Assembly (NCBI GenBank): GCA_963742735.1
Contig: CAVUMN010000004.1
Location: forward strand, 480,001-544,000
Origin: an uncultured Actinomycetes bacterium
Lineage (GTDB): Bacteria; Actinomycetota; UBA4738; JBBDTT01
Direction: 5' to 3'
DNA length: 64,000 nucleotides
Part shown: piece after piece, positions 54,816-64,000 of the stretch
Layout: each line of letters begins with the position of its first letter
Numbering within the stretch: position 1 is the stretch's first letter
Notes under the pieces: generated by a model
Database searches by the model: none
The model's input: the letters and a program-made list of their open reading frames with translations, nothing else
What the model was told of the DNA's origin: nothing
Program-made: the position numbers and the translations under genes

Positions 54816-56024
54816 ATGGCCGACGACACCCTGATCAGCCCGGAGCCCCCCAGCGCGTACGCCACGCTGGGCGAGCAGCTCCTGGTGCGGGGCGGCGGTG
54901 TGGACATCATTCCCGTCGAGAAGGGCCTGTCCACCGAGGAGATGCTCCTCAACATCGGGCCCCAGCACCCCTCGACCCACGGGGTGCTGCGGATCATCCT
55001 GGAGCTCGACGGCGAGGTCATCACCCGAGCCGAGCCCGTGATCGGTTACATGCACCGCGCGGCCGAGAAGCTCTCCGAGGTCCGCGACGTCCGCCAGATC
55101 GGCGTGCTGATGAACCGCCACGACTGGCTCAGCTCGATGAACAACGAGCTGGGGTTCTACCTGGCGGTCGAGAAGCTCGTCGGCGTCGAGGTGCCCGACC
55201 GCGCCAGTTGGATCCGGATGTTGATGGTCGAGTGGAACCGCGTCCTCAACCACCTGATGTTCATGGGCTCGTACCCCCTCGAGCTCGGGGCGATGACGCC
55301 GATGTTCTACGCGTTCCGCGAGCGCGAGATGATCCAGCACCTCATGGAGTCCGCCACGGGCGGGCGGATGCACTTCATGTTCTGTCGCGTCGGCGGCCTG
55401 AAGGACGATCTCCCGAGGGGGTTCCTGCAGGAGTCGGCCTCCCTGGTCACCTACATCCGCAAGAAGCTCCGCGAGTTCGAGGACCTGATCCTGGGCAACG
55501 AGATCATCCACGCCCGGACGAAGAAGGTCGGCATCCTGGACCCCGAGGTCGCGCTGTCGTACGGCGTCTCCGGCCCGGTCCTGCAGGCCTCGAAGACGCC
55601 GATGGACTCCCGCAAGGACGAGCCGTACCTGAAGTACGAGGAGGTCGACTTCGACATCCCGATCGGCCCGCACGGCGACAGCTACGACCGGCTCTGGGTG
55701 CTCGTTCAGCGCGTGTGGCAGTCGGTGCGGATCATCGAGCAGATCCACGACAAGATTCCGCCGGGCCCGTACGTCACGCCGAAGGTGAAGCCGAACCCGA
55801 AGATCCCCGAGGGCGAGGTGTACGTGCGCACGGAGAACCCGCTCGGGCTCATGTCGTACTACCTGGTCGGCGACGGCACCGAGTTCCCCTACCGGCTGAA
55901 GATGCGCACGGCGTCGTTCTCGAACGTCTCGATCCTGCCCCACCTGCTGCCGGGGGCCCTGGTCGCCGACCTCATCGCCATCCTCGGCTCGATCTTCTTC
56001 GTCGTCGGCGACGTCGACCGCTAG
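54816..56024 (+). CDS. nuoD: Stand-alone NADH-quinone oxidoreductase subunit D
   Basis: NIGPQHPSTHGVLR, IGYMHRAAEK, FRERE, GDSYDR, ENPLG, GDVDR; no other nuo genes nearby. Confidence 0.95.
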   Translation: MADDTLISPEPPSAYATLGEQLLVRGGGVDIIPVEKGLSTEEMLLNIGPQHPSTHGVLRIILELDGEVITRAEPVIGYMHRAAEKLSEVRDVRQIGVLMNRHDWLSSMNNELGFYLAVEKLVGVEVPDRASWIRMLMVEWNRVLNHLMFMGSYPLELGAMTPMFYAFREREMIQHLMESATGGRMHFMFCRVGGLKDDLPRGFLQESASLVTYIRKKLREFEDLILGNEIIHARTKKVGILDPEVALSYGVSGPVLQASKTPMDSRKDEPYLKYEEVDFDIPIGPHGDSYDRLWVLVQRVWQSVRIIEQIHDKIPPGPYVTPKVKPNPKIPEGEVYVRTENPLGLMSYYLVGDGTEFPYRLKMRTASFSNVSILPHLLPGALVADLIAILGSIFFVVGDVDR

Positions 56025-56071
56025 CGCGAGTCCACGTCAGACCGCGTCGCCGTAGCCGCGCGGCGTTTCCG

Positions 56072-57118
56072 TTACGGCTGAGCCCACCTGACCGTCACGG
56101 TGCCGTTGTAGGCGATCCGCGGCGTGCCGCTCGGGCTCCCCACCAGGGAGATTCCGCCCAGCTGGGGGCCGCCCACGTCCGGGAAGAGCGTCGAGATCTT
56201 CCAGCCCGAGGTCGTGAACACGGCCCACCGCAGCGCATACGGTCCCGACCCCGTCGTGAAGGCGATCTGGGGAGGCCCTGACTGCGAGGTCCGGATCACG
56301 GGGTTGGTCGCCGTCGAGTTGGCGAGCAGGAGCCTGCGCGACCACGAGTCCGTGGCGGCCTGGAAGGCGTACATCAGCCCTGAGTTCGTGATGTACGCGA
56401 TCCGCGGCTGCTCGCCCTTCGTCGTGATCGAGGGGAGCCTCGCGGAGGTGCTGGCCCCGGAGACCACCTCCGTGTCCCACCCGAGCTGCGTCTGGCCGGC
56501 GAAGCGCACCTGGCCCTCAGAGGAGTACGCGATCTTGGCAACGTCCTCGAGCAGGAAGAGCGAGGCGGTGCCCGCCACGTCCGGGTCGATCTCCTCGGTG
56601 TCGTACGTGTCGGCGTCCGGGTCGTAGATGCTGTAGGAGAGCCCCCCGCCGTTCGTGGGCTTGTGGACGATCCCCAGCGTGCCGTCGGAGAGGACCTTCA
56701 GGTCGAGCACCCGCGCGTCGATGGTGTCCTCCAGCGTCCAAACGCCCTCGTCAGTCCGGAAGTACAGCGGGCTTCCGTCCCCGATCTCCAGGAAGGACAC
56801 CCACGGCGTGCCGTCGTCGGCGTCGAGGGCCAGCTGCGGGTTCGCGGACCCGTAGAAGACGCCGTTGGCCACGACGACCTCACGGTGCCAGACCCCGTTG
56901 ACGAGGGTGGCGAACTTGATCCCGTCCGTGGACGGGAGCGGGTGATCCTTCACGTAGACGACGGAGGTCTTGGTCACTCCGTTGTCGATGAACGCCGCGT
57001 CGGGGTCGCGGCCGAGATCCTCGATCTTCGACGAGGTCCAGGCCGCCGAGGCGGGCGACGCGAGCGCCGCGACCAGCGATACCGCAAGCAGGAACGGGAA
57101 CAGACGTCTGGCGCGCAT
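56072..57118 (-). CDS. Secreted beta-propeller-like repeat protein
   Basis: GGAGG RBS, signal peptide; repeated P.(I/L)......P.IA(Y/F)...L.(Y/W)A......W units. Confidence 0.75.
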   Translation of the reverse strand: MRARRLFPFLLAVSLVAALASPASAAWTSSKIEDLGRDPDAAFIDNGVTKTSVVYVKDHPLPSTDGIKFATLVNGVWHREVVVANGVFYGSANPQLALDADDGTPWVSFLEIGDGSPLYFRTDEGVWTLEDTIDARVLDLKVLSDGTLGIVHKPTNGGGLSYSIYDPDADTYDTEEIDPDVAGTASLFLLEDVAKIAYSSEGQVRFAGQTQLGWDTEVVSGASTSARLPSITTKGEQPRIAYITNSGLMYAFQAATDSWSRRLLLANSTATNPVIRTSQSGPPQIAFTTGSGPYALRWAVFTTSGWKISTLFPDVGGPQLGGISLVGSPSGTPRIAYNGTVTVRWAQP

Positions 57119-57195
57119 GCGAACACCTCCGGGTCAGGGGGAACTCACCGCACTCTACAATGGGCGTCACCCCGCGTCATATGTCCGTTTTCCCT

Positions 57196-58278
57196 TTACG
57201 CATCCCCTCGCACGGCCGCCAGCGGTGCGTCCACGCCGATGCCGAACGCCATGACCTGCAGCGAGCCGAGGCCGCCCGGGTCGATCAGCAGCGACTCGCG
57301 GCTGCGCTCGGCCCACCGGCGGGCGGCCTCCAGGTGCCGCCCCTCGTCGACGGCCTCGGCCGTCGCCACCCGGTCGGCCTCGGCGCGCTCGCCGAACCCG
57401 AGCGCCAGGAGGGCGTCGCGCTGTGACACCGGACCCCACACGCGCAGGCCGAGACGTTCGCCGAACGTCGCGAGCGCGGTGAGGTCGACGCCCGCAGTGA
57501 TGTCGGCCGAGCCCGGGTGCAGCAGGAGATCCTGGCCGGCCTGGTGGCCGCGGTAGGTCTGGGGAGTCCGGGGGCCCTCGCCGCCATAGTCGAAGATCAG
57601 GACGTAGCCGCGCTGGAGGTCCCCGGCGGCGCGCTGGAGCCAGCGCTCGGGCTCATCGCTGATCGCCACGGTCGCTCCGGCGTCCACGGCGCCGGCGCGT
57701 CCGGCCAGGGAATCGTCGGCCGGGACCGCGACGAAGGTGAGGTGCTCGTTCCCGTCCAGGCCGACCAGGAGCTCGACGACGCCCTCTTCCTGTTTCCGCG
57801 CGAGCCGGAACGGCAGGTTGTCCAGGAGCTCGTTGGCCAGCACCACGCCGGTGACGCCGGAGGGGCCGTCATCGGGGCTCGTTGCCTCCAGGCGGGCTGC
57901 ACGCAGCGCGCGGATCGCGCCCGGCGTGCGCTCCACGCCCACGTACCTGACGGTCCGGGCCAGCGGCGGGTGGGCCTCGAAGGCCGAGAGCACCTGGCGC
58001 GCGAGCGTCCCGTCGCCGGCCGCCCACTCCACGACGTGGAAGGGGTCGGGCTGCCCGAGCAGGTCCCACGCCTCGCCGAGCTGGCGCGCCACGAGCGCCC
58101 CGAACGCCGGCGACACGTGCGGGCTGGTCAGGAAGTGTCCCTCCACGCCCACAGGCGGCTCGGCGTAGAAGCCGTCCTCGGGATCGTAGAGCGCCGCGTC
58201 CATGAACGCGGCGAACGTGATGGGCCCGGACTCGGCGATCCGGCCCCGGAGCCGTTGGGCGAGGCGGCCTGTTGCTAC
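57196..58278 (-). CDS. SAM-dependent methyltransferase, MidA/NDUFAF7 family; start uncertain (first ATG at 58203)
   Basis: GPITFAAFMDAALY...GFY, FLTSPHVSPAFG, VEWAAGDGTLA, ANELLDNLP, FDYG, PGSADITAGVD, LIDPGGLG. Confidence 0.9.
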   Translation of the reverse strand, partial: VATGRLAQRLRGRIAESGPITFAAFMDAALYDPEDGFYAEPPVGVEGHFLTSPHVSPAFGALVARQLGEAWDLLGQPDPFHVVEWAAGDGTLARQVLSAFEAHPPLARTVRYVGVERTPGAIRALRAARLEATSPDDGPSGVTGVVLANELLDNLPFRLARKQEEGVVELLVGLDGNEHLTFVAVPADDSLAGRAGAVDAGATVAISDEPERWLQRAAGDLQRGYVLIFDYGGEGPRTPQTYRGHQAGQDLLLHPGSADITAGVDLTALATFGERLGLRVWGPVSQRDALLALGFGERAEADRVATAEAVDEGRHLEAARRWAERSRESLLIDPGGLGSLQVMAFGIGVDAPLAAVRGDA

Positions 58279-58793
58279 GGCGTCGCCTCGAAGACGCCCG
58301 TGGCGTTCACCGTCGGCCCCGTGCCCCCGGTCGAGAGGTCCGTGCAGTCGAAGCTCCCGGACACGCCCTCCTCGGACGGGTCGTCGAACGCAAGGGTGCA
58401 TTCGCCGCGGATGGAGGTGAGCAGGGCGATCTGGGGGTCCGTGACCGTGACCGTGATGACCAGCGTGTTGGAGGTCGGGCCGTTCGTGAACACCCCGGCG
58501 ATGCCGAACGAGTTCCCGGTCGTGTCGGCGTAGGGGAGGCTCGAGCCGCCGGCCTCGTTGAACGTGGCTCCCACCTGCGTGAGGGGGACGTCGAAGCTCT
58601 TGTTGATCCCGCCCGAGAGCTCCACGTGCGCGGTCCCCTGCGTGAAGTGGGTCCCCGGCAGCGAGGGCAGCCCGGTGGGGTTCGTGGGGACGTTGATGGT
58701 GGGGAGGATGTCCGACGTCTCGCCGCCGCAGCCGGCCATGACCAGGCTCGCGACCACGAGGCCGAGCAGGGCCGGGCGAAGCCGTCGGGTCAC
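58275..58793 (-). CDS. Hypothetical lipoprotein
   Basis: GAGGAGG RBS, lipobox MAGC, Thr/Gly-rich beta domain with a Cys pair. Confidence 0.75.
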   Translation of the reverse strand: MTRRLRPALLGLVVASLVMAGCGGETSDILPTINVPTNPTGLPSLPGTHFTQGTAHVELSGGINKSFDVPLTQVGATFNEAGGSSLPYADTTGNSFGIAGVFTNGPTSNTLVITVTVTDPQIALLTSIRGECTLAFDDPSEEGVSGSFDCTDLSTGGTGPTVNATGVFEATP

Positions 58794-58839
58794 GTATTCC
58801 TCCTCGGTCGGGTTGGTCCAATGCTGCCACAATCGCGGC

Positions 58840-59490
58840 GTGCAGCCACGACCTGCGGCGACCGTCGTCGTGGCCCGGGATGGGTCCCACGGCGTGGAGG
58901 TGCTCGTCCTCGAGCGATCCCCCGCGAGCCGCTTCGCCCCCGGCTTCGTCGTGTTCCCCGGAGGCTCTCAGGACCCCGGCGACGCGGCCCTGGCCGAGCG
59001 CTGGTTCGGCTCGACGGCCGAGGCCGCCCGGGCGTGCGGGCTCCGCGAGCTCTACGAGGAGGCCGGCATGGTCGCCACCGCGAAGGGGCTCGTCGTTGGC
59101 CCCGATGGGGAGCGCGACATCGAGCTGGTCGAGTTCGACCCGCCCCCGGGGGACGCGATGCCCCAGATCTCCCGGTGGATCGCGCCGGAGTTCCTGCCGA
59201 AGCGGTTCGACGCCCGCTTCTACGCGCTGGAGGCGCCCGCCGGGCTGGACCCGATCCCGGACGGAATCGAGATCGTCCGCGGCTGGTGGGCGGAGGCCGA
59301 CCACGTGGTCGCCCGGTCGGCGGCGGGGGAGGTCTCCCTGATGTGGCCGACGTTCAAGACGCTGCAGGCGCTGCGGGAGTGCAACACGGTGAAGGACGTC
59401 CTGGCCCTGCACGTTCCCCAGGTGGAGCCGACGTTCGACGAGCTGGAGGCCGCACGCCGGGCGAGCGAGGGGCTCGAGGCTCCCGGGTGA
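58840..59490 (+). CDS. NUDIX hydrolase (NUDT19-like)
   Basis: PRPAATVV, FVVFPGG, GLRELYEEAG, WIAP...RFDARFY, PT. Confidence 0.9.
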   Translation: MQPRPAATVVVARDGSHGVEVLVLERSPASRFAPGFVVFPGGSQDPGDAALAERWFGSTAEAARACGLRELYEEAGMVATAKGLVVGPDGERDIELVEFDPPPGDAMPQISRWIAPEFLPKRFDARFYALEAPAGLDPIPDGIEIVRGWWAEADHVVARSAAGEVSLMWPTFKTLQALRECNTVKDVLALHVPQVEPTFDELEAARRASEGLEAPG

Positions 59491-60371
59491 TCCGGGTCGT
59501 TCGGGTCCTCGCCCCCAACCCGGGGCCGTTCACCCTCGAGGGCACCAACACGTGGATCGTCGGGGAGAACCCCGCGATCGTGATCGACCCGGGCCCCGAC
59601 GACGACGCCGGCCACCTGCTCTCGGTGCTCGACGTCGCCGGCCCGGTGGCAGAGATCCTGGTGACCCACGACCACCCCGATCACCAGCCCGGCGCCGAGC
59701 GCCTGTCCGAGGCCACCGGCATCCCGTACCGGGCTCACCGGCCCGGCCCCGGCGGGGTGAAGCTCCACGACGGCGAGGTGGTCACGGCCGGGCAGGTCGG
59801 CCTGCGAGCGATCCACACGCCCGGCCATTCGGCCGACCACACCGCGTTCTTCCTGGACCGCGAGGGCGTGCTGTTCACGGGCGACGCCGTGCTCGGGCGG
59901 GGGACCAGCGTGATCTCGCCGCCGGACGGCGACCTGAGTGCCTACCTGCGTTCCCTCTCGGCCATGCTGGCGTTGGAGCCGCGCACCATCTACCCGGGCC
60001 ACGGGCCGGCGGTGTTCGACGCGCCGGGGAAGCTGCAGGAGTACCTGGACCACCGGGCCCAGCGCGAGGAGCAGGTCATCGACGCCCTGCGGGGCGGCCC
60101 GAAGACGCCCGAGGAGATCGTCCCCGGCATCTACGGGGAGGAGGGCGTGCCCGAGGAGATGTTCCCCATCGCCGCCCGATCGGTCCTGGCCCACCTGCAG
60201 AAGCTCGAGCGCGACGGCCGAGCGGTCAGGCAGCGCCCCGCCGCCGCCAACCGGTTCGCCCTGGCCGAGGCAAGAGCCTGCGAACGCTGCGGACGACCGG
60301 CGGCCCCGCACAGCCGGTTCTGCGGACGCTGTTCGGTCGCGGTTCTCCAGGAAGGGCCCGCGGCGACCTGA
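59487..60371 (+). CDS. Metallo-beta-lactamase fold hydrolase (LACTB2-like) with C-terminal C4 zinc ribbon
   Basis: APNPGPFTLEGTN, THDHPDH, TPGH, GDAVLG, PGHG; tail CERC...FCGRC. Confidence 0.92.
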   Translation: MIRVVRVLAPNPGPFTLEGTNTWIVGENPAIVIDPGPDDDAGHLLSVLDVAGPVAEILVTHDHPDHQPGAERLSEATGIPYRAHRPGPGGVKLHDGEVVTAGQVGLRAIHTPGHSADHTAFFLDREGVLFTGDAVLGRGTSVISPPDGDLSAYLRSLSAMLALEPRTIYPGHGPAVFDAPGKLQEYLDHRAQREEQVIDALRGGPKTPEEIVPGIYGEEGVPEEMFPIAARSVLAHLQKLERDGRAVRQRPAAANRFALAEARACERCGRPAAPHSRFCGRCSVAVLQEGPAAT

Positions 60372-60373
60372 GG

Positions 60374-61063
60374 TCAGGTGGCGCGGCGGGCGAGGCTCTC
60401 GGGGTCGGTGACGACGTACTTGCGGCCCTGCATCGCCAGCCACCCGCGCGCCACGAACGAGGCCACGGCCTTGTTCACGCTCTCGCGGGCCGCCCCGACC
60501 ATCTGGGCGAGCTCCTCCTGCGTCACGGCGAGGTCGATCAGCGTCCCGCCGTCGTGGGCCGACCCGTAACGTTCGGACAGGTCCAGGAACCGCTTCGCCA
60601 GCCGGCCCGGAACGTCGGAGAAGATCGCGTCCTGCAGGGCCTCGCTCGTCTCACGAAGCCGAACGGCGAGCACCTCCAGCAGCTGCCACGCGACCTGCGG
60701 ATGGTCCTCGACGAACGGCCGGAACCCGGCGCTGGAGAGCGCGAGCACGACCGTGTCCTCGATGGCGGTGGCGTCGGCGGTTCGGACGCCGCGATCGAGC
60801 ATCGCCAGCTCGCCGAGGACCTCGCCCGGCCCCAGCAGGGCCACCACGACCTCCCGGCCGTCGCCGGAGAGGTTCGAGACCTTCACGGCGCCGGACTCGA
60901 TCACGTACAGCGAGTCGCCCGGGTCGCCCTGATGGAACAAGACGGTCCCGCGCGGGAGCTGACGGCTCGTCATGCGCGATCCCAGGTCGGCCAGGTCGGG
61001 TCTCGGGACGCGCGCGAACAGAGGCACGCTCGCGAGGGTGGACAGGGCGTCGGGGCCGACCAT
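60374..61063 (-). CDS. crp: Crp/Fnr family regulator (cAMP receptor protein, GlxR-like)
   Basis: GELAMLD...RTA cNMP pocket, DVPGRLAK, TQEELAQMVGAARESVNK HTH; syntenic with MBL. Confidence 0.92.
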   Translation of the reverse strand: MVGPDALSTLASVPLFARVPRPDLADLGSRMTSRQLPRGTVLFHQGDPGDSLYVIESGAVKVSNLSGDGREVVVALLGPGEVLGELAMLDRGVRTADATAIEDTVVLALSSAGFRPFVEDHPQVAWQLLEVLAVRLRETSEALQDAIFSDVPGRLAKRFLDLSERYGSAHDGGTLIDLAVTQEELAQMVGAARESVNKAVASFVARGWLAMQGRKYVVTDPESLARRAT

Positions 61064-61189
61064 CTCGGGCGAAGTGTACGGAACGGAACCCTCGGGCGCG
61101 TCGCGGATCGGCCTTCACAGCCGATCCGGTCGCCTGCTACGCTGCTGCGTCGGCGGCCCAGCCCGGTGGCCGTTCTCAGGAGGCGCGCC

Positions 61190-61990
61190 ATGTTCCGCAA
61201 GATCCTGGTTGGCACCGACGGGTCCGACAGCGCGACGATCGCGGTCGCCCACGCCATCGAGCTCGGCCGAGCGCTCGACGCAGAGGTCACCATCCTCTCC
61301 GTCTATGCCACCCCCCGCGTTGACGCCCCCGAGGTCATCTCCTCGCGCCACGGCGACCCCACGGCGGACATCGCGCGGGCCGTGCTCCGCGACGTCGAGA
61401 AGCGCTTCGAGGGCAAGGGGAAGTTCGTCACCCGCGCCGAGGAGGGCAGCGCCGCCGAGGCGCTGATGGACATCGCCGAGTCCGAGGACTTCGACCTGAT
61501 CGTGATCGGGAACCGGGGCATGGCCGGCGCCAGCAAGTTCATGCTCGGCAACGTCCCGAACAAGGTCACGCACCACGCCCCGTGCTCCGTGCTCGTCGTG
61601 GACACGGTCGACGCGCAGGAGCCCGGCTACCGGAAGATGCTGGTCGGCACCGACGGGTCGGACACGGCCGCACGCGCGGTCGCCGGCGCGGTCGAGCTCG
61701 CCGAGAAGGCGAAGGCCGAGCTGTGGGTGGTCTGCGTGGCCTCCTCGGAGCCCGACGCCGACCGCGTGCTCGCCAAGGTCCTCGAGCAGTACCCGGACGC
61801 GAACACCAAGGGGCTGGTCGGCGACCCGGCCGAGGCCATGGTCGAGTTCGGCAACGGCGAGGGTGTCGACCTCGTCATCGTCGGCAACAAGGGCATGACC
61901 GGCGCCCGCCGGTTCCTGCTCGGCAGCGTCCCGAACAAGGTCTCCCACCACGCGACGACGAGCGTGTTGATCGTGAACACGACCGGCTGA
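61190..61990 (+). CDS. Tandem-domain universal stress protein
   Basis: Two K(I/M)LVGTDGS...V(I/V)GN(R/K)GM.G...LG.VPNKV.HHA units. Confidence 0.93.
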   Translation: MFRKILVGTDGSDSATIAVAHAIELGRALDAEVTILSVYATPRVDAPEVISSRHGDPTADIARAVLRDVEKRFEGKGKFVTRAEEGSAAEALMDIAESEDFDLIVIGNRGMAGASKFMLGNVPNKVTHHAPCSVLVVDTVDAQEPGYRKMLVGTDGSDTAARAVAGAVELAEKAKAELWVVCVASSEPDADRVLAKVLEQYPDANTKGLVGDPAEAMVEFGNGEGVDLVIVGNKGMTGARRFLLGSVPNKVSHHATTSVLIVNTTG

Positions 61991-62403
61991 TGGCGCGCGA
62001 GGACTCCCTCACGACGGTTCCTCTGTTCTCCGGGCTGTCCAAGCGCGAGCTCAAGCGGTGCGGCTCGGTGGCGAAGGTGGTCACCTTCGATGCGGGAGAC
62101 GTCGTCGCCGAGGAGGGCGAGGAGGGGCTGGCGTTCTACGTGATCATCGAGGGCCAGGCCGACGTGAAGCGCGGCGGCAAGGTCGTCGCCAAGCTGATCC
62201 CCGGTGACTTCTTCGGGGAGGTCTCGCTGCTCGACGGCGGGCCCCGTACGGCGACGGTGGTCGCGACGACGCCCCTGAAGCTCCTGTCGATCCTCCGGTG
62301 GGACTTCCGGGAGCTCCTGAAGAAGGACCCCGGACTGGTGCCGAAGCTCCTGAAGGAGCTGGCCCGGCGGCTCCGTCAGATCGAACGGCCGGTCACGGCC
62401 TGA
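61990..62403 (+). CDS. Stand-alone cyclic-nucleotide-binding domain protein
   Basis: VPLFSGL, FGEVSLLDGGPRTATV; no HTH. Confidence 0.92.
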   Translation: MAREDSLTTVPLFSGLSKRELKRCGSVAKVVTFDAGDVVAEEGEEGLAFYVIIEGQADVKRGGKVVAKLIPGDFFGEVSLLDGGPRTATVVATTPLKLLSILRWDFRELLKKDPGLVPKLLKELARRLRQIERPVTA

Positions 62404-62420
62404 GCGCGCTCCCCGCTCCC

Positions 62421-63254
62421 ATGCGTCCCGAGGGCCGTCTGCCCAACCTGGTCCCGGCGGTCCTGCGCGACGTGCGCGAGACGCTGCAGATGCGCTGGGT
62501 CGACTCCGCCATCGCCGACGCGGCGGGCTACCCGACCTTCTTCACCGCGGCGTGGTCCGCCATCCGGCCGAACGTCGGCCCCACGTTCCTGAACGGCGCC
62601 CGGGCCGTCCGCGACCTGGCCGACTCGGGCCTGGCCGACCTGAGCGTTCCTCCTCACCACGACTGGGTCCGCCTGGCGAAGCTCGAGGACCCCGAGGTGG
62701 CCGAGATCGGGCTGATCCTGCGGGCGTTCCGCGACTCGGTGCCCAAGTCGGCGATCGTGGTCCACGCGCTGGCCCGCTCCGCCCGCGGCCGGTCCGCCGG
62801 AGGCAGCGGCGCCGAGGAGGCCCCGCCAAAGCGCGGCGTGCCCGGCTGGCATCCGCACGTCACCCTGGAGACCCCAGAGGAGATCGAGAAGACGCTGGAC
62901 GAGGCGGCGACCCGGCTTCGCTCCGACGCACCTCCGGACGTGCTCCTGGCCCTGGCGAAGTGGCCCGGCTACACCTCCCGCGCGTGGCGGGAGGCCCGCC
63001 GCGCCACCCGGACCGACGCCTGGACGAAGTCCCACGCGCGGATCCGCCGCGCCGTCGCCGAGGCCGTGCGCGGGCTGCCCCATGTCATCTCGCTGCAGTG
63101 GAGCGCCCTGAAGGACCGGGGGTTCTCCGAGGAGGAGCGCCGGGACGTCGGCGACGTCCTGGCCCGCTACGACGCCGCGATGCCGGCGGCGATCCTGCTC
63201 GGGCAGTGGCTGTGGCGCGCGGCCGGCTCTCCCCTGGGCTCCAAAGGAAGCTGA
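62421..63254 (+). CDS. DehI-like (halocarboxylic acid dehalogenase fold) protein
   Basis: [11 protein letters not shown]...[15 protein letters not shown] and second half-repeat [12 protein letters not shown]; start may be CTG at 62400. Confidence 0.55.
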   Translation: MRPEGRLPNLVPAVLRDVRETLQMRWVDSAIADAAGYPTFFTAAWSAIRPNVGPTFLNGARAVRDLADSGLADLSVPPHHDWVRLAKLEDPEVAEIGLILRAFRDSVPKSAIVVHALARSARGRSAGGSGAEEAPPKRGVPGWHPHVTLETPEEIEKTLDEAATRLRSDAPPDVLLALAKWPGYTSRAWREARRATRTDAWTKSHARIRRAVAEAVRGLPHVISLQWSALKDRGFSEEERRDVGDVLARYDAAMPAAILLGQWLWRAAGSPLGSKGS

Positions 63255-63673
63255 TGCTCGCCGAGTTCTACCGCCCGCCGGCCGAGGGCGAGGCCGCGGC
63301 GCCGCCCCCGCCCGCCCACGGGGGCGAGCCGGTGAAGCCTCCGCCGCCCGAGATCGTCGGCCGGGCCCGGTGGGACGGCCGGCACGTGCAGATCGAGGCC
63401 CAGGACCCCGACGTCGAGGCCGCGCTTCGGCGGATCTTCCGACCCTCGTCGGTGATCGCCGAGGACCCCACGACCGGCTCGAGGGGCGCCCACGGCCCGA
63501 GCACGGTCCAGCCGGGGAGCCTCGAGTGGTTCCGGCGGGCCGCCCAGAACCGCGCGAAGGAGGAGGGCCTGGCCGTGCGCCTGGTCGCCGCGACCGGCCC
63601 GGGCGGGTGGGACCCCGCCGCCAGCTACCGGCCGTTCCGCGAGCAGGTCCGTCTGATTCAATCGCGGGGATGA
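63254..63673 (+). CDS. Hypothetical protein
   Basis: Coupled on both sides (TGATG, ATGA); host-like codon bias. Confidence 0.7.
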   Translation: MLAEFYRPPAEGEAAAPPPPAHGGEPVKPPPPEIVGRARWDGRHVQIEAQDPDVEAALRRIFRPSSVIAEDPTTGSRGAHGPSTVQPGSLEWFRRAAQNRAKEEGLAVRLVAATGPGGWDPAASYRPFREQVRLIQSRG

Positions 63674-64000
63674 GCTCCGAGCGCCGACGCGAGACCGACT
63701 CCATGGGGGCGGTCGAGGTCCCCGCCGACCGCTACTGGGGCGCGCAGACGCAGCGCTCGCTGCACCACTTCTCGATCGGGGACGACCGGATGCCCGTGGA
63801 GGTGGTCCGCGCGTTCGGCCTCCTCAAGCGCGCCGCGGCCGAGGTGAACCGCGACCTGGGGCTGCTCGAGGCCGAGGTCGCGGACCTGATCGTGCGGGCC
63901 GCCGACGAGATCATCGGGGGCGGGCTCGATGATCACTTCCCGCTCTACGTGTGGCAGACGGGCTCCGGCACGCAGTCGAACATGAACGCGAACGAGGTGA
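63670..64000 (+). CDS. fumC: Class II fumarate hydratase, 3'-truncated by window edge
   Basis: [25 protein letters not shown]...[21 protein letters not shown]. Confidence 0.95.
   Translation, partial: MSSERRRETDSMGAVEVPADRYWGAQTQRSLHHFSIGDDRMPVEVVRAFGLLKRAAAEVNRDLGLLEAEVADLIVRAADEIIGGGLDDHFPLYVWQTGSGTQSNMNANEV

Overview
High-GC bacterial chromosome segment, almost certainly from an Actinomycetota genome. Evidence: a WhiB gene, the ponA/ArsA-pair/RidA/NUDIX/MBL/crp block, and the serS-tRNA-tadA-ffs-dnaX-recR-ask-asd order. A deep-branching lineage is suggested by the large Alu-containing SRP RNA, a bactofilin and a DegV-PlsY-like pair. About 55 CDS, 6 tRNAs (all four Ser isoacceptors, Arg-ACG, Pro-CGG) and SRP RNA were identified. 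No CRISPR array, integrase, transposase or prophage was seen. Accessory blocks: (i) a lower-GC islet after tRNA-Arg (secreted metzincin with two compensating frameshifts, ECF sigma, anti-sigma); (ii) two tandem pairs of secreted paralogues (uncharacterised alpha/beta-hydrolases with Ca-binding Cys/Asp repeats; LVIVD-type propellers); (iii) an ~18 kb block inside the conserved RidA-NUDIX interval with an ABC system, selA/selB, a lone nuoD and a MidA-type methyltransferase. The most unusual arrangement is a NodU/CmcH carbamoyltransferase plus two (alpha/alpha)-barrel-type proteins sitting between selA and selB, with selB translationally coupled to the cassette. All calls come from reading the sequence and recalled family motifs; no searches were run. 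Many start codons were re-assigned by hand relative to the ORF track.
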